From Alphaproteobacteria bacterium (lineage in GTDB: Bacteria > Pseudomonadota > Alphaproteobacteria > UBA7985), in NCBI GenBank assembly GCA_965662775.1, contig CBFIIW010000008.1:27269-91268 (forward strand): a stretch of DNA of 64,000 bases. The letters run 5' to 3'. The first letter of the stretch is position 1. Every line of letters starts with the position of its first letter. Shown here in pieces: positions 31,387-42,273 of this stretch. The position numbers and the translations under genes were made by a program. The notes under the pieces are model-generated. The model did no database searches. It was not told the origin of the DNA and saw only the letters and a program-made list of their open reading frames with translations.

Positions 31387-32499
31387 TTGATGGGGCAGTC
31401 CTTGGACTTCTGGGATCGGCAGGAACCTTCAGCGGGTCAGGAACCATCCACGCTGGGCGAAGCGACGGAACCTGCCGTTCGCTATGCTTTTGACCCCTAT
31501 GAATGGCAGGATTACCCCCTCGCCGCCATCCTCCGTGCCTATCGTGAAGCCTACGGACTGGAAATGGCGGAAATCGCGGATCATCTACACATCCGCGCCC
31601 ATTATCTGGGTATGCTCGAAGACGGCCGCTATGAAGAGTTGCCCGCCCGCCCTTATGCCATTGGCTTTGTCCGCTCCTACGCCAAATATTTGGGCCTGCC
31701 CGTCGAAGACATGGTGCAACGCTTCCGCGAGGAGATTGACGACTTCCAGACGCCGGTAATTCCGCAGCAGATCGCGACTCCGCGCACACGAATGCACAAC
31801 GATAGCAATCTGAGTCGCTTTGTACTGGTACTGATGATGATTGTCGGACTGATTTCGAGCTGGACCCTTTGGACGGTGGTCAGCAGCAACGAACGCAATA
31901 TCGCCACAGCGATCCTCGGCAACAATGATGCGATTCTGGAAGATACATTCCTTTACGGCCTTTCGCCGAGTGATCCAGAAGTTCGGCAAGCTTTGGAAAA
32001 TGAAGGGCGCAGCCTACCCGAACAGCCCGAAACCATAACAGTGACCGAGGGACAGGAAGTCGTCGTGGCCAACAATAACGGTCTGGATGACGTTGAGGCA
32101 CGGTTGCACGCGCCTGTCTCCGAAACCATCCTGGGCGTACCGATCCCCAAACGTCGCGACCTTGCCATGTCCCCCGAAGCTGAGCGAGCCGCACCGATTG
32201 ACCGCACCTTGCGCTACCGGTTGGTCGCCGTTGACTTGGTTTGGGTCCAGGTTCGGGACTTCCGCGAAAACATCATTGTCTCGCAAATGCTGCAGCGTGG
32301 CGAAGAGTTATCAATCGACCATCAGGACGGCCTGCGCCTTACCACAGTCAAGCCGCGCAACCTGCAAATTTTCGTCGGTGATGAACTGGCGGAACCAAGA
32401 CTGCCCGCGCGCAATGACCGCGTGGTCTGGCCCTTGAACCGGGAATATCTGCTGCCGTTTTCCGAACCCGTGACAGCCGATCCGCCCAGCGCCCTGTAA
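31387..32499 (+). CDS. RodZ-like protein (HTH_25 + TM + DUF4115)
   Basis: An N-terminal XRE-type HTH (HLHIRAHYLGMLEDGRYEELPARPYAIGFVRSYAKYLGL), one TM helix (FVLVLMMIVGLISSWTLWTVV) and a C-terminal DUF4115-like domain (LRLTTVKPRNLQIFVGDE) are present. Confidence 0.65.
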   Translation: MMGQSLDFWDRQEPSAGQEPSTLGEATEPAVRYAFDPYEWQDYPLAAILRAYREAYGLEMAEIADHLHIRAHYLGMLEDGRYEELPARPYAIGFVRSYAKYLGLPVEDMVQRFREEIDDFQTPVIPQQIATPRTRMHNDSNLSRFVLVLMMIVGLISSWTLWTVVSSNERNIATAILGNNDAILEDTFLYGLSPSDPEVRQALENEGRSLPEQPETITVTEGQEVVVANNNGLDDVEARLHAPVSETILGVPIPKRRDLAMSPEAERAAPIDRTLRYRLVAVDLVWVQVRDFRENIIVSQMLQRGEELSIDHQDGLRLTTVKPRNLQIFVGDELAEPRLPARNDRVVWPLNREYLLPFSEPVTADPPSAL

Positions 32500-32637
32500 T
32501 CATCTTCCCGGCAGCCTCCGGTGCCGGTTGCGATCCTGTCTAGACCCTGAGGGCAAGGCAGTCGCCGCCGCAATGGTCTTGCCAGCACAGAGCTCCGTCC
32601 CCTACTTGTTGGCGAAGCACCAACTGAGGTTTGATCC

Positions 32638-33876
32638 ATGGCAAAGCTGCAACCGGTCAAAGGCACCCGTGATCTCTTTGGCGAAGAAGGCCGCACCCAA
32701 CACCACGTTATGAACGCGGCGGCCCGGGTCTCACGCAGCTATGGCTTCGATCGCATCGATACGCCGATGTTCGAACAAGTAGAGGTCTTCAACCGCCCAC
32801 TGGGCGAAACGTCTGATGTCGTCACCAAGGAAATGTTCGATTTCCAGACCAAGGGTGGTGATCACGTGGTCTTGCGTCCTGAAAACACCGCAGGTGTGGT
32901 GCGAGCCATTATCTCGAACGGGCTGACCCACGACTTGCCCGGGCGTTACTTCTACGCTGGTCCACAATTCCGCTACGAGCGACCGCAGGCCGGGCGCTAT
33001 CGCCAATTTACCCAGATCGGTGTCGAGCTGGTTGGCCCGGAGCAGCCCATAGCAGACGTCGACGTCATTGCCTGTGGCTGGCAGATCCTCGCTGAACTGG
33101 AGCTGACACAGCACATCACGGTCCACCTGAATACGCTCGGCGACACCGATAGCCGTAATGCCTACCGTAGCGAGTTGGTCGCCTACTTCCACGATCACCG
33201 CGACCGGCTGAGCGAAGACTCTCGGACCCGTTTGGAGAAAAACCCCCTCCGCATCCTCGACAGCAAGGACGAGGGTGATCGCGCCCTCCTGCCTGATGCA
33301 CCAAAGTTCGTGGATCACCTCAATGCGGTCTCGCAGGATCACTACGCAACAGTGAAGGCCGGGCTCGATAACCTCGGCCTACCCTACCAGCATGACGACA
33401 CCCTCGTGCGCGGTTTCGATTATTACTGCCACACAGCCTTTGAGTTCATTACCACGCAGCTTGGCGCGCAAGGAACCGTGCTCGGTGGTGGGCGCTACGA
33501 CGGGCTTGCTAAGCTGCTCGGTGGTCCGGATATGCCTGGGGTCGGCTGGGCGGCAGGGGTGGACCGACTCGCCATGCTGCTCGGCAGTGCCCCGCAGGAG
33601 CCGGCGCCCATTGCTGTGGTCCCATTAGGGACACAGGCCGAAACACTCGCACAGAGACTTGTCTTCGAGATGCGGGCTGCGGGCCTGATGATCGATATGA
33701 ACTACAGCGGCAACATGAAGAAAAGGCTGACACGCGCAAACAAGGTACGGGCCGCCATCACTGTGATCATCGGAGAAGACGAAATCGCCGCCGGGATCGC
33801 ACTCGTCCGCAATATGGAGGATGGCACCCAGCGTGAGGTTGCGCTCGACGCGCTGGTGGCAGAGCTGTCCGCATGA
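32638..33876 (+). CDS. hisS: Histidine--tRNA ligase
   Basis: Class II aaRS motifs ([10 protein letters not shown]; [16 protein letters not shown]; GGGRYDGL) plus a C-terminal anticodon-binding domain. It is 412 aa and its stop overlaps the prfA start (ATGA). Confidence 0.85.
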   Translation: MAKLQPVKGTRDLFGEEGRTQHHVMNAAARVSRSYGFDRIDTPMFEQVEVFNRPLGETSDVVTKEMFDFQTKGGDHVVLRPENTAGVVRAIISNGLTHDLPGRYFYAGPQFRYERPQAGRYRQFTQIGVELVGPEQPIADVDVIACGWQILAELELTQHITVHLNTLGDTDSRNAYRSELVAYFHDHRDRLSEDSRTRLEKNPLRILDSKDEGDRALLPDAPKFVDHLNAVSQDHYATVKAGLDNLGLPYQHDDTLVRGFDYYCHTAFEFITTQLGAQGTVLGGGRYDGLAKLLGGPDMPGVGWAAGVDRLAMLLGSAPQEPAPIAVVPLGTQAETLAQRLVFEMRAAGLMIDMNYSGNMKKRLTRANKVRAAITVIIGEDEIAAGIALVRNMEDGTQREVALDALVAELSA

Positions 33877-34949
33877 GTTCTCTGGTCGCCAAACTGGAAG
33901 TCGTGGTCAAGCGCCACGATGAGATCCAAGCGCTCCTCGCCGACCACCCGGAACCTGGAGGTGCCAATTACACGCGCCTGACGCGCGAATACGCTGAGAT
34001 GAACCCCATTGTGGAGCAGATGCGCGGGTTTCAAAAGCTGGTCTCCAGCCTCTATGAGGCCACGACCTTGGCTGAGTCTGAAGACGATCCTGACATGCGT
34101 GCCATGGCAGAAGACGAAGCGCGGGAACTCCGGATGGAAATCGAAAATAAAGAGCAGGAGATGAAGGTTCTGCTCCTGCCCCGCGACGAGGCCGACAGTC
34201 GCAACGCTATCCTCGAGATCCGGCCCGGGACGGGCGGAGACGAGGCCGGCCTGTTTGCCGGTGACTTGCTCAACATGTATCGCCGTTTCGCCGAGCTGCA
34301 GGGCTGGAAGTTCGAAACCATAGAACTAACCGAAAACGACGTAGGCGGATTGAAGGAAGCCTCGATCCGAGTATCCGGTACAAACGTCTTCGCCGCGCTC
34401 AAGTTCGAGTCTGGTGTGCACCGGGTGCAGCGGGTGCCCGTTACCGAGTCTGGAGGTCGCATTCATACGTCCGCCGCCACAGTCGCTGTTCTTCCCGAAG
34501 CTGAAGACGTGGACATCGAAATTCGCGCTGAAGACATCCGCATCGATACCATGCGAGCATCAGGCGCCGGAGGGCAGCACGTGAATACGACAGACTCAGC
34601 TGTGCGTATCACCCACCTCCCGACTGGCATCATCGTCACACAAAGCCAGAAATCCCAGCACCGCAACCGGGAAGAAGCCATGCGAGTCCTTCGCGCGCGT
34701 TTGTATGAAAAGGCCCGCGATGAAGCCAATGCCGAGAGGGCCGCAGACCGCAAGGGTCAAGTGGGGAGCGGTGATCGTTCCGAACGCATTCGCACCTATA
34801 ACTTTCCACAGGGCCGAGTGTCCGATCACCGCATCAATCTGACCTTGCATAAGCTCGACCGCATTATGGCTGGTGACGGGCTGGAAGAGGTGATTCAGGC
34901 ATTGACCGCTGAAGATCAGGCAGCTCGGCTGGCGGAACTCGGGGAGTAG
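33873..34949 (+). CDS. prfA: Peptide chain release factor 1
   Basis: PxT-type tripeptide region and a GGQ motif ([25 protein letters not shown]). Confidence 0.95.
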   Translation: MSSLVAKLEVVVKRHDEIQALLADHPEPGGANYTRLTREYAEMNPIVEQMRGFQKLVSSLYEATTLAESEDDPDMRAMAEDEARELRMEIENKEQEMKVLLLPRDEADSRNAILEIRPGTGGDEAGLFAGDLLNMYRRFAELQGWKFETIELTENDVGGLKEASIRVSGTNVFAALKFESGVHRVQRVPVTESGGRIHTSAATVAVLPEAEDVDIEIRAEDIRIDTMRASGAGGQHVNTTDSAVRITHLPTGIIVTQSQKSQHRNREEAMRVLRARLYEKARDEANAERAADRKGQVGSGDRSERIRTYNFPQGRVSDHRINLTLHKLDRIMAGDGLEEVIQALTAEDQAARLAELGE

Positions 34950-34953
34950 GCCA

Positions 34954-35850
34954 ATGACGCCGCCCCTGGCATCGGTCCGCCTGGACGACTGGCTGAGCCG
35001 GGCCAGCACCGCCCTCGCCGCCTGCGCCGAGCAGCCACGAGGCGAAGCCCGGCGACTGGTTGAGGCCGTCATGGGCTGGAACGCCATCAGCCAGCTTGCC
35101 GACCCTGACCAATCGATCGATGCAGCGTCGGTGGCACGGCTCGACGCGCTGGTGCAGCGTCGATACGAGCGGAAAGAGCCACTTTCCCGCATTCTAGGGC
35201 GACGCGAATTCTGGGGTTTGGATCTGAACATCAACGGTGCAACGCTGGACCCTCGCGCAGATACTGAAACACTAGTGGAACTTGCGCTGGACCTGCTGCG
35301 GAAACCAAACCGACAACCACCGCGCAAAATCCTAGACCTTGGTACAGGCTCTGGCGCGCTGCTGCTCGCTTTACTCAGCGAGTTTCCCGAGGCTTCGGGC
35401 GTCGGGGTTGATCAGGATGCCGGGACGCTGGCCACCGCTTCTGGCAACGCCAGTGCGTTCGACCTCGCCCGGCGAGCTGAATTCCGTTTAAGCGACTGGC
35501 TTTCGGATCTGATACATCCGTCCTCCGAGTTGGCGGGTTGGTCGTTTGACCTGATTGTCAGCAATCCGCCCTACATACCGAGTGCTGTTCTTTCCCGATT
35601 AGACCGTGCAGTGCGCGACTTCGACGATCCGCAAGCGCTGGATGGCGGTGCGGATGGCCTGAAATTCTACCGCCAGACATTACGCGACGCACAGGACTGC
35701 ATGAGCCCTGGCGGCCTGTTGATCCTCGAATTGGGCATCGGTCAAGCAAGCAGCGTGAGCGCGCTGGGCAAGGAATACGGCTGGACGATACAAGCCATCC
35801 GGGATGACCTCGCGGGGATTCCTCGTGCAATGGCACTGACACAGCCCTGA
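34954..35850 (+). CDS. prmC: Release factor glutamine N5-methyltransferase
   Basis: SAM-binding motif (ILDLGTGSGA) and NPPY catalytic motif (LIVSNPPYIPS). Confidence 0.9.
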   Translation: MTPPLASVRLDDWLSRASTALAACAEQPRGEARRLVEAVMGWNAISQLADPDQSIDAASVARLDALVQRRYERKEPLSRILGRREFWGLDLNINGATLDPRADTETLVELALDLLRKPNRQPPRKILDLGTGSGALLLALLSEFPEASGVGVDQDAGTLATASGNASAFDLARRAEFRLSDWLSDLIHPSSELAGWSFDLIVSNPPYIPSAVLSRLDRAVRDFDDPQALDGGADGLKFYRQTLRDAQDCMSPGGLLILELGIGQASSVSALGKEYGWTIQAIRDDLAGIPRAMALTQP

Positions 35851-36039
35851 TTGCCGCCTTTTTTCCTTGGAAATCCGGCGGGCAGGGACTAGTTTGCCTG
35901 CGATATCGAGACACGATCGTTGTAGGGGCTGTTTTGTCCCTTTTTGGTCTCCCCACGCCTGACGCGGCTCCACGCATTAAACCGCCCACTGCCTCGTCAC
36001 ACGTTGAAATCACATCCGCCCACGGGCAAAGGACAGAAG

Positions 36040-36735
36040 ATGAGGCAGGGTAACAACCGCCGCAGCCGCCACCCAAAGCAGCAGAAGCAGGGTACAATAC
36101 CGACCCGCAATCAGGTGTTTGACTCCAACGGGCCAGAGGTCCGGGTGCGAGGCAACGCACACCAAGTGTACGATAAATACTCCGCCCTGGCGCGCGAAGC
36201 GACCGCCGCTGGCAACCACGTACAGGCCGAGGCTTACCATCAGTTTGCCGAGCACTACCTGCGCCTACACCTTGCTGCGACAGTTATGGGCAGCGGTAAC
36301 CGCCGTGGAGGTCCGGCCAAGGACCAGTTCCCGCCCGAAGCACTGGAAGATCCGCTGATCTTCCGCCCCGATATGCCCGAGCAGCAGGATCGTAATGATC
36401 AGCAAAGCCGCGATGACAGCAGTGACGGTGAAGGCGGCGGCGGCAACGACCGCAAGGAACGCAGGGGCCGTGACCGGGGCGAAAGGGGTGAGCGGGGCGA
36501 CCGCGATGACCGCAGACAGCGCCGCGACCGAAAGCAGCGTGGTGCCCGCGACAATGCCAATAGCAACGAGGGCGGTTCTGTGGACCCCTCTGAGCAGGAT
36601 CAGCCTGAAGTACCACTCTTCCACGCGGGCATGGAAGCGCCCGAAGGCGAAGCCATAGTCGAAAGCCGGGTACCACCACCAGTCCCCGCGCCACCGCCAA
36701 TGGACGTGGCAGAACCAGGCGACAGCAACAGTTGA
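36040..36735 (+). CDS. DUF4167 domain protein with an Arg/Asp/Glu-rich low-complexity C-terminal half
   Basis: MRQGNNRRSRHPKQQKQGTIPTRNQVFDSNGPEVRVRGNAHQVYDKYSALAREA...AEAYHQFAEHY matches DUF4167. The C-terminal half is ...RKERRGRDRGERGERGDRDDRRQRRDRKQRG.... The start is at the internal Met of the 35944 track ORF. Confidence 0.7.
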   Translation: MRQGNNRRSRHPKQQKQGTIPTRNQVFDSNGPEVRVRGNAHQVYDKYSALAREATAAGNHVQAEAYHQFAEHYLRLHLAATVMGSGNRRGGPAKDQFPPEALEDPLIFRPDMPEQQDRNDQQSRDDSSDGEGGGGNDRKERRGRDRGERGERGDRDDRRQRRDRKQRGARDNANSNEGGSVDPSEQDQPEVPLFHAGMEAPEGEAIVESRVPPPVPAPPPMDVAEPGDSNS

Positions 36736-36748
36736 TCGCCATTCGCCC

Positions 36749-36776
36749 CTTGTGAAGGGCTGAATTTTCCCCATAT
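36749..36776 (+). promoter_or_regulatory. Sigma-32 (RpoH)-type heat-shock promoter upstream of clpB (CTTGTGA - 13 nt - CCCCATAT)
   Basis: The sequence closely matches the CTTGAAA-N13/14-CCCCATnT consensus and lies about 95 nt upstream of the clpB ATG. Confidence 0.5.
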
Positions 36777-36870
36777 CCAAGCTATACCGCGTGCCGGAAT
36801 TCGGGCGCGGCCTTATACCCATGCCGTTCCATGCTGATGACAGGTGGAGCGCAAGGACTAGGAGACTGCT

Positions 36871-39465
36871 ATGGATATTTCACGCTTCACAGAGCGTGCA
36901 CGCAGCATTTTGCAGGCTGCGCAGGGCCTCGCCGCCGAACACAATCACCAATTCATAACCGGCTCGCATCTGGGCTTAGGTCTGCTCGACGATGAAAGCG
37001 GACTGGTTGACCGTCTGCTCAACGTTTCGCAGGTTGATCCTGAACCTGTGCGCTCCGCCCTTCTCGCAGATCTTGAAACCATGCCAAAGGTTTCCGGCGA
37101 GGGTGCGGAGCAGCTGTTCTTGAACAAGGACATGGGCGCTATTGTCGCCCACGCGCAGAAGCTCGCGGAAGCGGCAGGAGACCAGTTCGTCACCACCGAC
37201 CGGCTGCTACAAGCGCTGATCGAGAACAAAAATGCTACCGCCAGCAAAGCCTTTCGCAATGCTGGCGCTGACGCGACCCGAATGGCCGCAGCCATCGACG
37301 CTGTGCGAAAAGGCAGGACCGCCGACAGCGCCGCCGCTGAAGACGGCTTTGAAGCGCTGGAAAAGTTCACCCGCGACCTGACCCATGAAGCCGGGGCTGG
37401 TCGCCTCGACCCGGTCATTGGTCGCGAAGACGAGATCCGCCGCGCGGTGCAAGTGCTTTCCCGACGTACCAAAAATAATCCGGTGATGATCGGTGAACCC
37501 GGCGTGGGCAAGACGGCCATCGCTGAGGGCCTGGCGCTGCGCATCGTCAATGACGACGTGCCAGAAAGCCTGTCTGGCAAGCGCCTGCTGGTGCTCGATC
37601 TGGGCGCATTGATCGCCGGTTCGAAGTACCGTGGCGAGTTCGAAGAACGGCTGAAGTCAGTGCTGCAGGATATCGAGGCCGCCGCCGGCAACATTATTCT
37701 GTTCATCGACGAGCTTCACACACTGGTGGGTGCAGGCAAGACCGACGGCGCCATGGATGCGTCGAACATGCTCAAGCCCGCTCTGGCCCGAGGCGAGTTG
37801 CACTGTGTAGGAGCGACCACACTGGACGAATATCGGGAATACATCGAAAAAGATGCCGCCCTCGCCCGTCGGTTTCAGCCGGTCTATGTCGATGAACCGG
37901 GGACTGAGGAAAGCCTGTCGATCCTCCGTGGGATTAAGGAGAAGTATGAGGCGCATCACGGCGTTCGGATCTCCGATGCCTCCCTGGTCTCTGCCGTTCA
38001 GCTGTCAGACCGCTACATTATGAACCGCTTTCTCCCCGATAAGGCCATCGACCTGATGGACGAAGCAGCGGCGCAGTTGCGAATGGAGGTGGATACAAAG
38101 CCCGCCGCCCTGGATGAGATCGACCGCCGCATCGACATGCTGAAGATGGAGCAATTCGCGCTGGAGAAGGAAGGTGACGACGGTTCTCGCGAGCGCTTGA
38201 AAAACCTACGCAGCGAGCTGGGCGCGTTAGAGCGGCAATCCGGCGATATGACTTCAGAATGGAATGCAGACAAAGCCAAACTGGCTGAAGCGCAGGCCGT
38301 CAAGAAGGAACTAGACGAAGCCCGCTCGGCTCTCGACATCGCGAAACGCAGCGGTGACCTTGGCTCGGCTGGTGAACTTCAATATGGCGCTATCCCGTCG
38401 CTGGAGGAGCGTCTGAAGGATTTTGAGAACCACGACACCGCGCAAGTGCGTGAAGTGGTCGGGGCGGATCATGTCGCTCGTGTGGTTGCGCAGTGGACGG
38501 GTATTCCGGTCGAAAAGATGATGGAAGGCGAGCGGGAAAAGCTGCTGAGCATGGAAACCGCCCTGGCCGACCGTGTGGTCGGGCAGGAATCGGCAGTCAG
38601 CGCAATTTCCAAGGCGGTGCGCCGCGCCCGAGCAGGATTGTCCGATCCCAATCGGCCGCAGGGAAGTTTCCTCTTCCTTGGCCCCACGGGAGTGGGCAAG
38701 ACCGAGTTGGTGAAAACGCTGGCCTCGTTCCTTTTTGACGACGACAGCGCCATGCTCCGGCTGGACATGTCGGAGTACATGGAAAAGCACTCTGTCAGTC
38801 GCCTTATCGGCGCGCCACCCGGCTACATCGGCTACAGTGAGGGTGGCATCCTGACCGAAGCCATCCGGCGCCGACCGTATCAGGTCGTGCTGTTTGATGA
38901 GGTTGAAAAGGCTCACCCGGACATCTTTAATCTGTTGCTGCAAGTGCTGGATGACGGCCGCCTGACCGACAGTCAGGGGCGGACCGTCGACTTTCGCAAT
39001 ACCATCATCGTGCTGACTTCAAACCTTGGCGCACAGTTGCTGACGGCCCCCGGTGCCAGCACGGATGACGAACTGGTCAAGGCGGAAGTCATGAAGGTGG
39101 TGCGCCAGAGCTTCCGCCCAGAATTCCTCAACCGCCTCGATGAAACCCTGTTCTTTGACCGACTGGCGCCGGATATCATGGACCGCATTGTCGACATACA
39201 GATGCAGTTGCTGGCCGGTCGCCTGTCGCAGCGTGATATTGTCATCACTTGGACCGAGGCGGCGCGCCAGTGGCTCGCAGCAGAGGGGTACGACCCGCTC
39301 TACGGCGCACGTCCACTTCGGCGCGTGATCCAGCGTGTCGTACAGGACCAGCTGGCGGGGCAATTGCTGGATGGATCAGTAAAGGCTGGGGATCACGTGA
39401 TCGTGGATCTGGTTGGTGCTGGCATCCTGGTCACCCCGAAGCGAGCAGAAGATCTGGTAGCCTGA
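36871..39465 (+). CDS. clpB: Chaperone ClpB (Hsp104-type disaggregase)
   Basis: 864 aa, two AAA+ modules ([10 protein letters not shown]; [10 protein letters not shown]), a coiled-coil middle domain and a Clp N-domain. Confidence 0.95.
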   Translation: MDISRFTERARSILQAAQGLAAEHNHQFITGSHLGLGLLDDESGLVDRLLNVSQVDPEPVRSALLADLETMPKVSGEGAEQLFLNKDMGAIVAHAQKLAEAAGDQFVTTDRLLQALIENKNATASKAFRNAGADATRMAAAIDAVRKGRTADSAAAEDGFEALEKFTRDLTHEAGAGRLDPVIGREDEIRRAVQVLSRRTKNNPVMIGEPGVGKTAIAEGLALRIVNDDVPESLSGKRLLVLDLGALIAGSKYRGEFEERLKSVLQDIEAAAGNIILFIDELHTLVGAGKTDGAMDASNMLKPALARGELHCVGATTLDEYREYIEKDAALARRFQPVYVDEPGTEESLSILRGIKEKYEAHHGVRISDASLVSAVQLSDRYIMNRFLPDKAIDLMDEAAAQLRMEVDTKPAALDEIDRRIDMLKMEQFALEKEGDDGSRERLKNLRSELGALERQSGDMTSEWNADKAKLAEAQAVKKELDEARSALDIAKRSGDLGSAGELQYGAIPSLEERLKDFENHDTAQVREVVGADHVARVVAQWTGIPVEKMMEGEREKLLSMETALADRVVGQESAVSAISKAVRRARAGLSDPNRPQGSFLFLGPTGVGKTELVKTLASFLFDDDSAMLRLDMSEYMEKHSVSRLIGAPPGYIGYSEGGILTEAIRRRPYQVVLFDEVEKAHPDIFNLLLQVLDDGRLTDSQGRTVDFRNTIIVLTSNLGAQLLTAPGASTDDELVKAEVMKVVRQSFRPEFLNRLDETLFFDRLAPDIMDRIVDIQMQLLAGRLSQRDIVITWTEAARQWLAAEGYDPLYGARPLRRVIQRVVQDQLAGQLLDGSVKAGDHVIVDLVGAGILVTPKRAEDLVA

Positions 39466-39523
39466 CACTGGCTTGAATGTCAGCGAGGGCTAAGGCTGGG
39501 CTAGGCTGGGCTGTGGCTAGGAG

Positions 39524-41101
39524 TCAGCCGCCCTCGCTACCGTTGACAGGAGCCGTCACAGCCGATGTCAGCGGCTGAGCTTCGTCGAGCCGATCGATGA
39601 TGGCCCGTAATGCGCCCTCGAAAGCCTGTAGGGCACTGCCTGTCAGCTGCTGCCCTTTGGGCAGACTTGAGCGCAGTGGGTCAATGTGGCGGCCGTTCTT
39701 CCGGATTTCATAGTGCAGATGATTGCCTGTCGATGCGCCTGTCGTTCCAACGTACCCAATTACATCGCCTTGCCGAACCTGTGAGCCAACGCGCAGACTA
39801 CTCGGAAAGCGAGACATGTGGGCGTACAGCGTTTCGTAAGTCCCACCGCTGTGCCGGATGATGACGTGTTTTCCATAGCCCCCGGAGTGGGTACGCTTTG
39901 CGATGACCACACCGTCGCCCGCGGCAAGGATGCGTGTACCCCGAGGCGCGGCAAAGTCGACCCCCCGATGCGGACGGATCTTCCCGGTTATCGGGTGCTT
40001 GCGCTTTGGGTTAAAGGGCGAGCTCATGCGAAAAGGTCGCTCCAGTGGCTGCCGTAACAAGCTCAGACCAGAGCCACAGCTTCGTCTTCCCTTTCGGTTG
40101 AAAAAGCTGGCATCGCCGTTGGTCGTGTAGCGGAAAACCTCACGACGCCCCTTACGGATATCGAAGGATGCGTAGTGAATAGCTTTGGCATTAATGATCT
40201 TGCCATCGTCATTAATTTCGGCGTCAAACAAAATCCGGAAATTGTCACCCGCTCCGATGTCACGGTTGAAGTCCATCTCGCATTGCAGGGCCTGCTCCGT
40301 CATGGATATTACCCGGTAGGGCAGGCTCAGCGCCTTGGCATCGACCCAGAAGGTGCTCTCAACTGTGCCCTCGGCGACCATCAACTGGGTGGTGAGCACA
40401 GTTTGGTCCCGCGTTGCGGTATAGCCCTCGACCGTTCGCTGCACGGAGACTGTGCTGTTGGGGGTATCGCTAAAGTGCAAGGATATCAGACGGCCGGGCG
40501 CACTAGGCTCGATGGTCGCATCCAGCCGGAACGATATAGGCCAGCCTGCGCCCAATTTGCGCAGCTTGAAGACGTCATTGACGCTTTCGTTGATGGCAAA
40601 GATATCCGCTCTGGCGAGGCCCTGCGCGTTCAAGATGCCTGCGAAGGTATCTCCCGGCTCAACCGTGGTAAAGCGAGCCAGTTCCAGCTGTGCTGGTGGC
40701 TCAATCACCGGCGAGAGGTCCCGGGCTGCGAATTCTGCTAGGAAAAGTGCGGGCATCAGGCCGTCATCACCAATTGGTTGACGCAGACGGGCTAAGGCTC
40801 GCTTGCCGCGCAGGAGGCGGGTGAACAAGCCGAAATCGATGCCTCCCGGTTCACGAAAATCGTCCTGCGCATCATTTCCGCCAATGGCAGGATCACGCGC
40901 AGCCTCAAAGTCACGCTCGAACCGGACCAACTGACTGATCCAGTCTGCCCGCGAAACGGTGGCAAGGGTCAGAAGCAAAACTGCGGCTGCTACGAGGCTC
41001 AGAAACTTCAAGAGGTTTTTCCCGGATGACAGGGCAATGGTTTCGATAGACGCAGCTCGGGCCGTAACCCAACGTGCGCCTAAAATACATCGCATAATCA
41101 T
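39524..41101 (-). CDS. M23 family metallopeptidase (LytM/NlpD-like), membrane-anchored
   Basis: An N-terminal TM helix and a C-terminal M23 domain (HRGVDFAAPRGTRILAAGDGVV...HSGGYGKHVIIRH...GTTGASTGNHLHYEI) are present. Confidence 0.8.
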   Translation of the reverse strand: MIMRCILGARWVTARAASIETIALSSGKNLLKFLSLVAAAVLLLTLATVSRADWISQLVRFERDFEAARDPAIGGNDAQDDFREPGGIDFGLFTRLLRGKRALARLRQPIGDDGLMPALFLAEFAARDLSPVIEPPAQLELARFTTVEPGDTFAGILNAQGLARADIFAINESVNDVFKLRKLGAGWPISFRLDATIEPSAPGRLISLHFSDTPNSTVSVQRTVEGYTATRDQTVLTTQLMVAEGTVESTFWVDAKALSLPYRVISMTEQALQCEMDFNRDIGAGDNFRILFDAEINDDGKIINAKAIHYASFDIRKGRREVFRYTTNGDASFFNRKGRRSCGSGLSLLRQPLERPFRMSSPFNPKRKHPITGKIRPHRGVDFAAPRGTRILAAGDGVVIAKRTHSGGYGKHVIIRHSGGTYETLYAHMSRFPSSLRVGSQVRQGDVIGYVGTTGASTGNHLHYEIRKNGRHIDPLRSSLPKGQQLTGSALQAFEGALRAIIDRLDEAQPLTSAVTAPVNGSEGG

Positions 41102-41367
41102 TGTCGCAAGGGGCTAACGTGGCGGAGATATTTTTTTTGCAAAGGCGACGATAATTCCGTCCGCAGTCGCGCTGTGATTGATCAATCGTTGCCATGAAGC
41201 GCATTATCTCTTCTCGGTCCCCAACAGGCGTGACCGAGCTCAGATCTGTGCGCAAAAGCCGAAATGCAGGCTTACTCAGCAGTCGCTGCGACCAATTGAA
41301 CGTTCATCATGCAGCGTCACCTGCGGACGAAACTCGTCCAACCTCAACGTATGTCCAGTCTATCTGG

Positions 41368-41871
41368 TCAGGCGGCGTAACTCATGGTCGAGGGCGTTGC
41401 CCCTACCTCGGCTGTCTGATCAAACAAGCGGACTTCCAAATCTGCACGGGCACTTTCAGACAACTCGAACATGTCATCGTCAACCAATACGAGGCGTCCG
41501 TTATCGCGCAAGCTGCGAATATAGGCCGATGCATTGTTGCCGTGGGTGCTGCGCTTGTAGATTTCACGAGCTGATTTCGCCTCGTGGTGCAACTGATTGC
41601 GAGAAAAAAGGGTCACCCCGTCGATCAGGGACAACTTCGCCGCAGCAGACAGAAACAGATCGGCGCCGGACTTGTGACCGATACGCATACAGATCGCATG
41701 CGTTGTGCGGATGGACAGATTACGTTCGAAGGATGAACCCGCGTCGCTTACCCGTTCTTTCCAGTCGATCTTCGCCAGAACAGGAATGAGGTGCTCAACG
41801 GCAAACGCCTCGGAACCCTGAAACTCTACATGTACCTGATCGCGTTCCATCTTCAATGAGCACTGTTCCAT
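41368..41871 (-). CDS. Hypothetical protein, lower-GC orphan gene
   Basis: 167 aa (MEQCSLKMERDQVHVEFQGSEAFAVEHLIPVLAKIDWKERV...). No family was recognised. Base composition is visibly lower in GC than neighbouring genes, codon periodicity is coherent, and it is preceded by a roughly 260-bp strongly AT-rich region. Confidence 0.5.
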   Translation of the reverse strand: MEQCSLKMERDQVHVEFQGSEAFAVEHLIPVLAKIDWKERVSDAGSSFERNLSIRTTHAICMRIGHKSGADLFLSAAAKLSLIDGVTLFSRNQLHHEAKSAREIYKRSTHGNNASAYIRSLRDNGRLVLVDDDMFELSESARADLEVRLFDQTAEVGATPSTMSYAA

Positions 41872-41879
41872 CGCACTTC

Positions 41880-42140
41880 TCCAAAAAAAGAGAATTCGCT
41901 TATAGAAATACCTCTAATGAATTTGGGCTATCAACAGGCAGCGATTAATTTTGTATTTTTTTTTCTCGTTATAAGATTGAGCCGCATGAACTCGGGTGGT
42001 GTTATGCGAAATATAGTGAATTTCGTATCTTCCGCAGCGTATCGCGGTGAATTTTCCTAATGACTCAATATTGTATAAGATTTTTACTAAATTATTTTAG
42101 TTGGAATCTAATGTTTTCCCTAGTGCTTGACAGAAAATTT
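41880..42140. promoter_or_regulatory. Strongly AT-rich intergenic block (homopolymer T/A runs, TTGACA-like hexamers) between the divergent orphan gene and rluA
   Basis: Seen in the sequence. Composition is roughly half the GC of the flanking DNA. Confidence 0.4.
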
Positions 42141-42273
42141 ACTCGGAAATGCCGCTAGTACCCGAGTACTCACCTTCCGGTTTTTGCCGAACTGTCCACC
42201 GCCCTGCGGCACCCAAAGCCACCGCCAGCTTTTTTGCCTTGATCCTTAGGTCGTTATGCAGAATGCAGGCGGT

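Noticed and set aside
34596-36822. Long minus-strand ORFs 34596..35327 and 36265..36822, antisense to prmC and DUF4167.
   Set aside because: They are Arg/Ser-rich antisense frames opposite well-supported genes, and no independent evidence supports them.
39466-39523. The GCGAGGGC...GCCCTCGC inverted repeat with a GGCTGGGCT-rich loop after clpB.
   Set aside because: It is most simply a convergent-gene terminator structure for clpB and the M23 peptidase gene. It is too short and isolated to call a repeat element.
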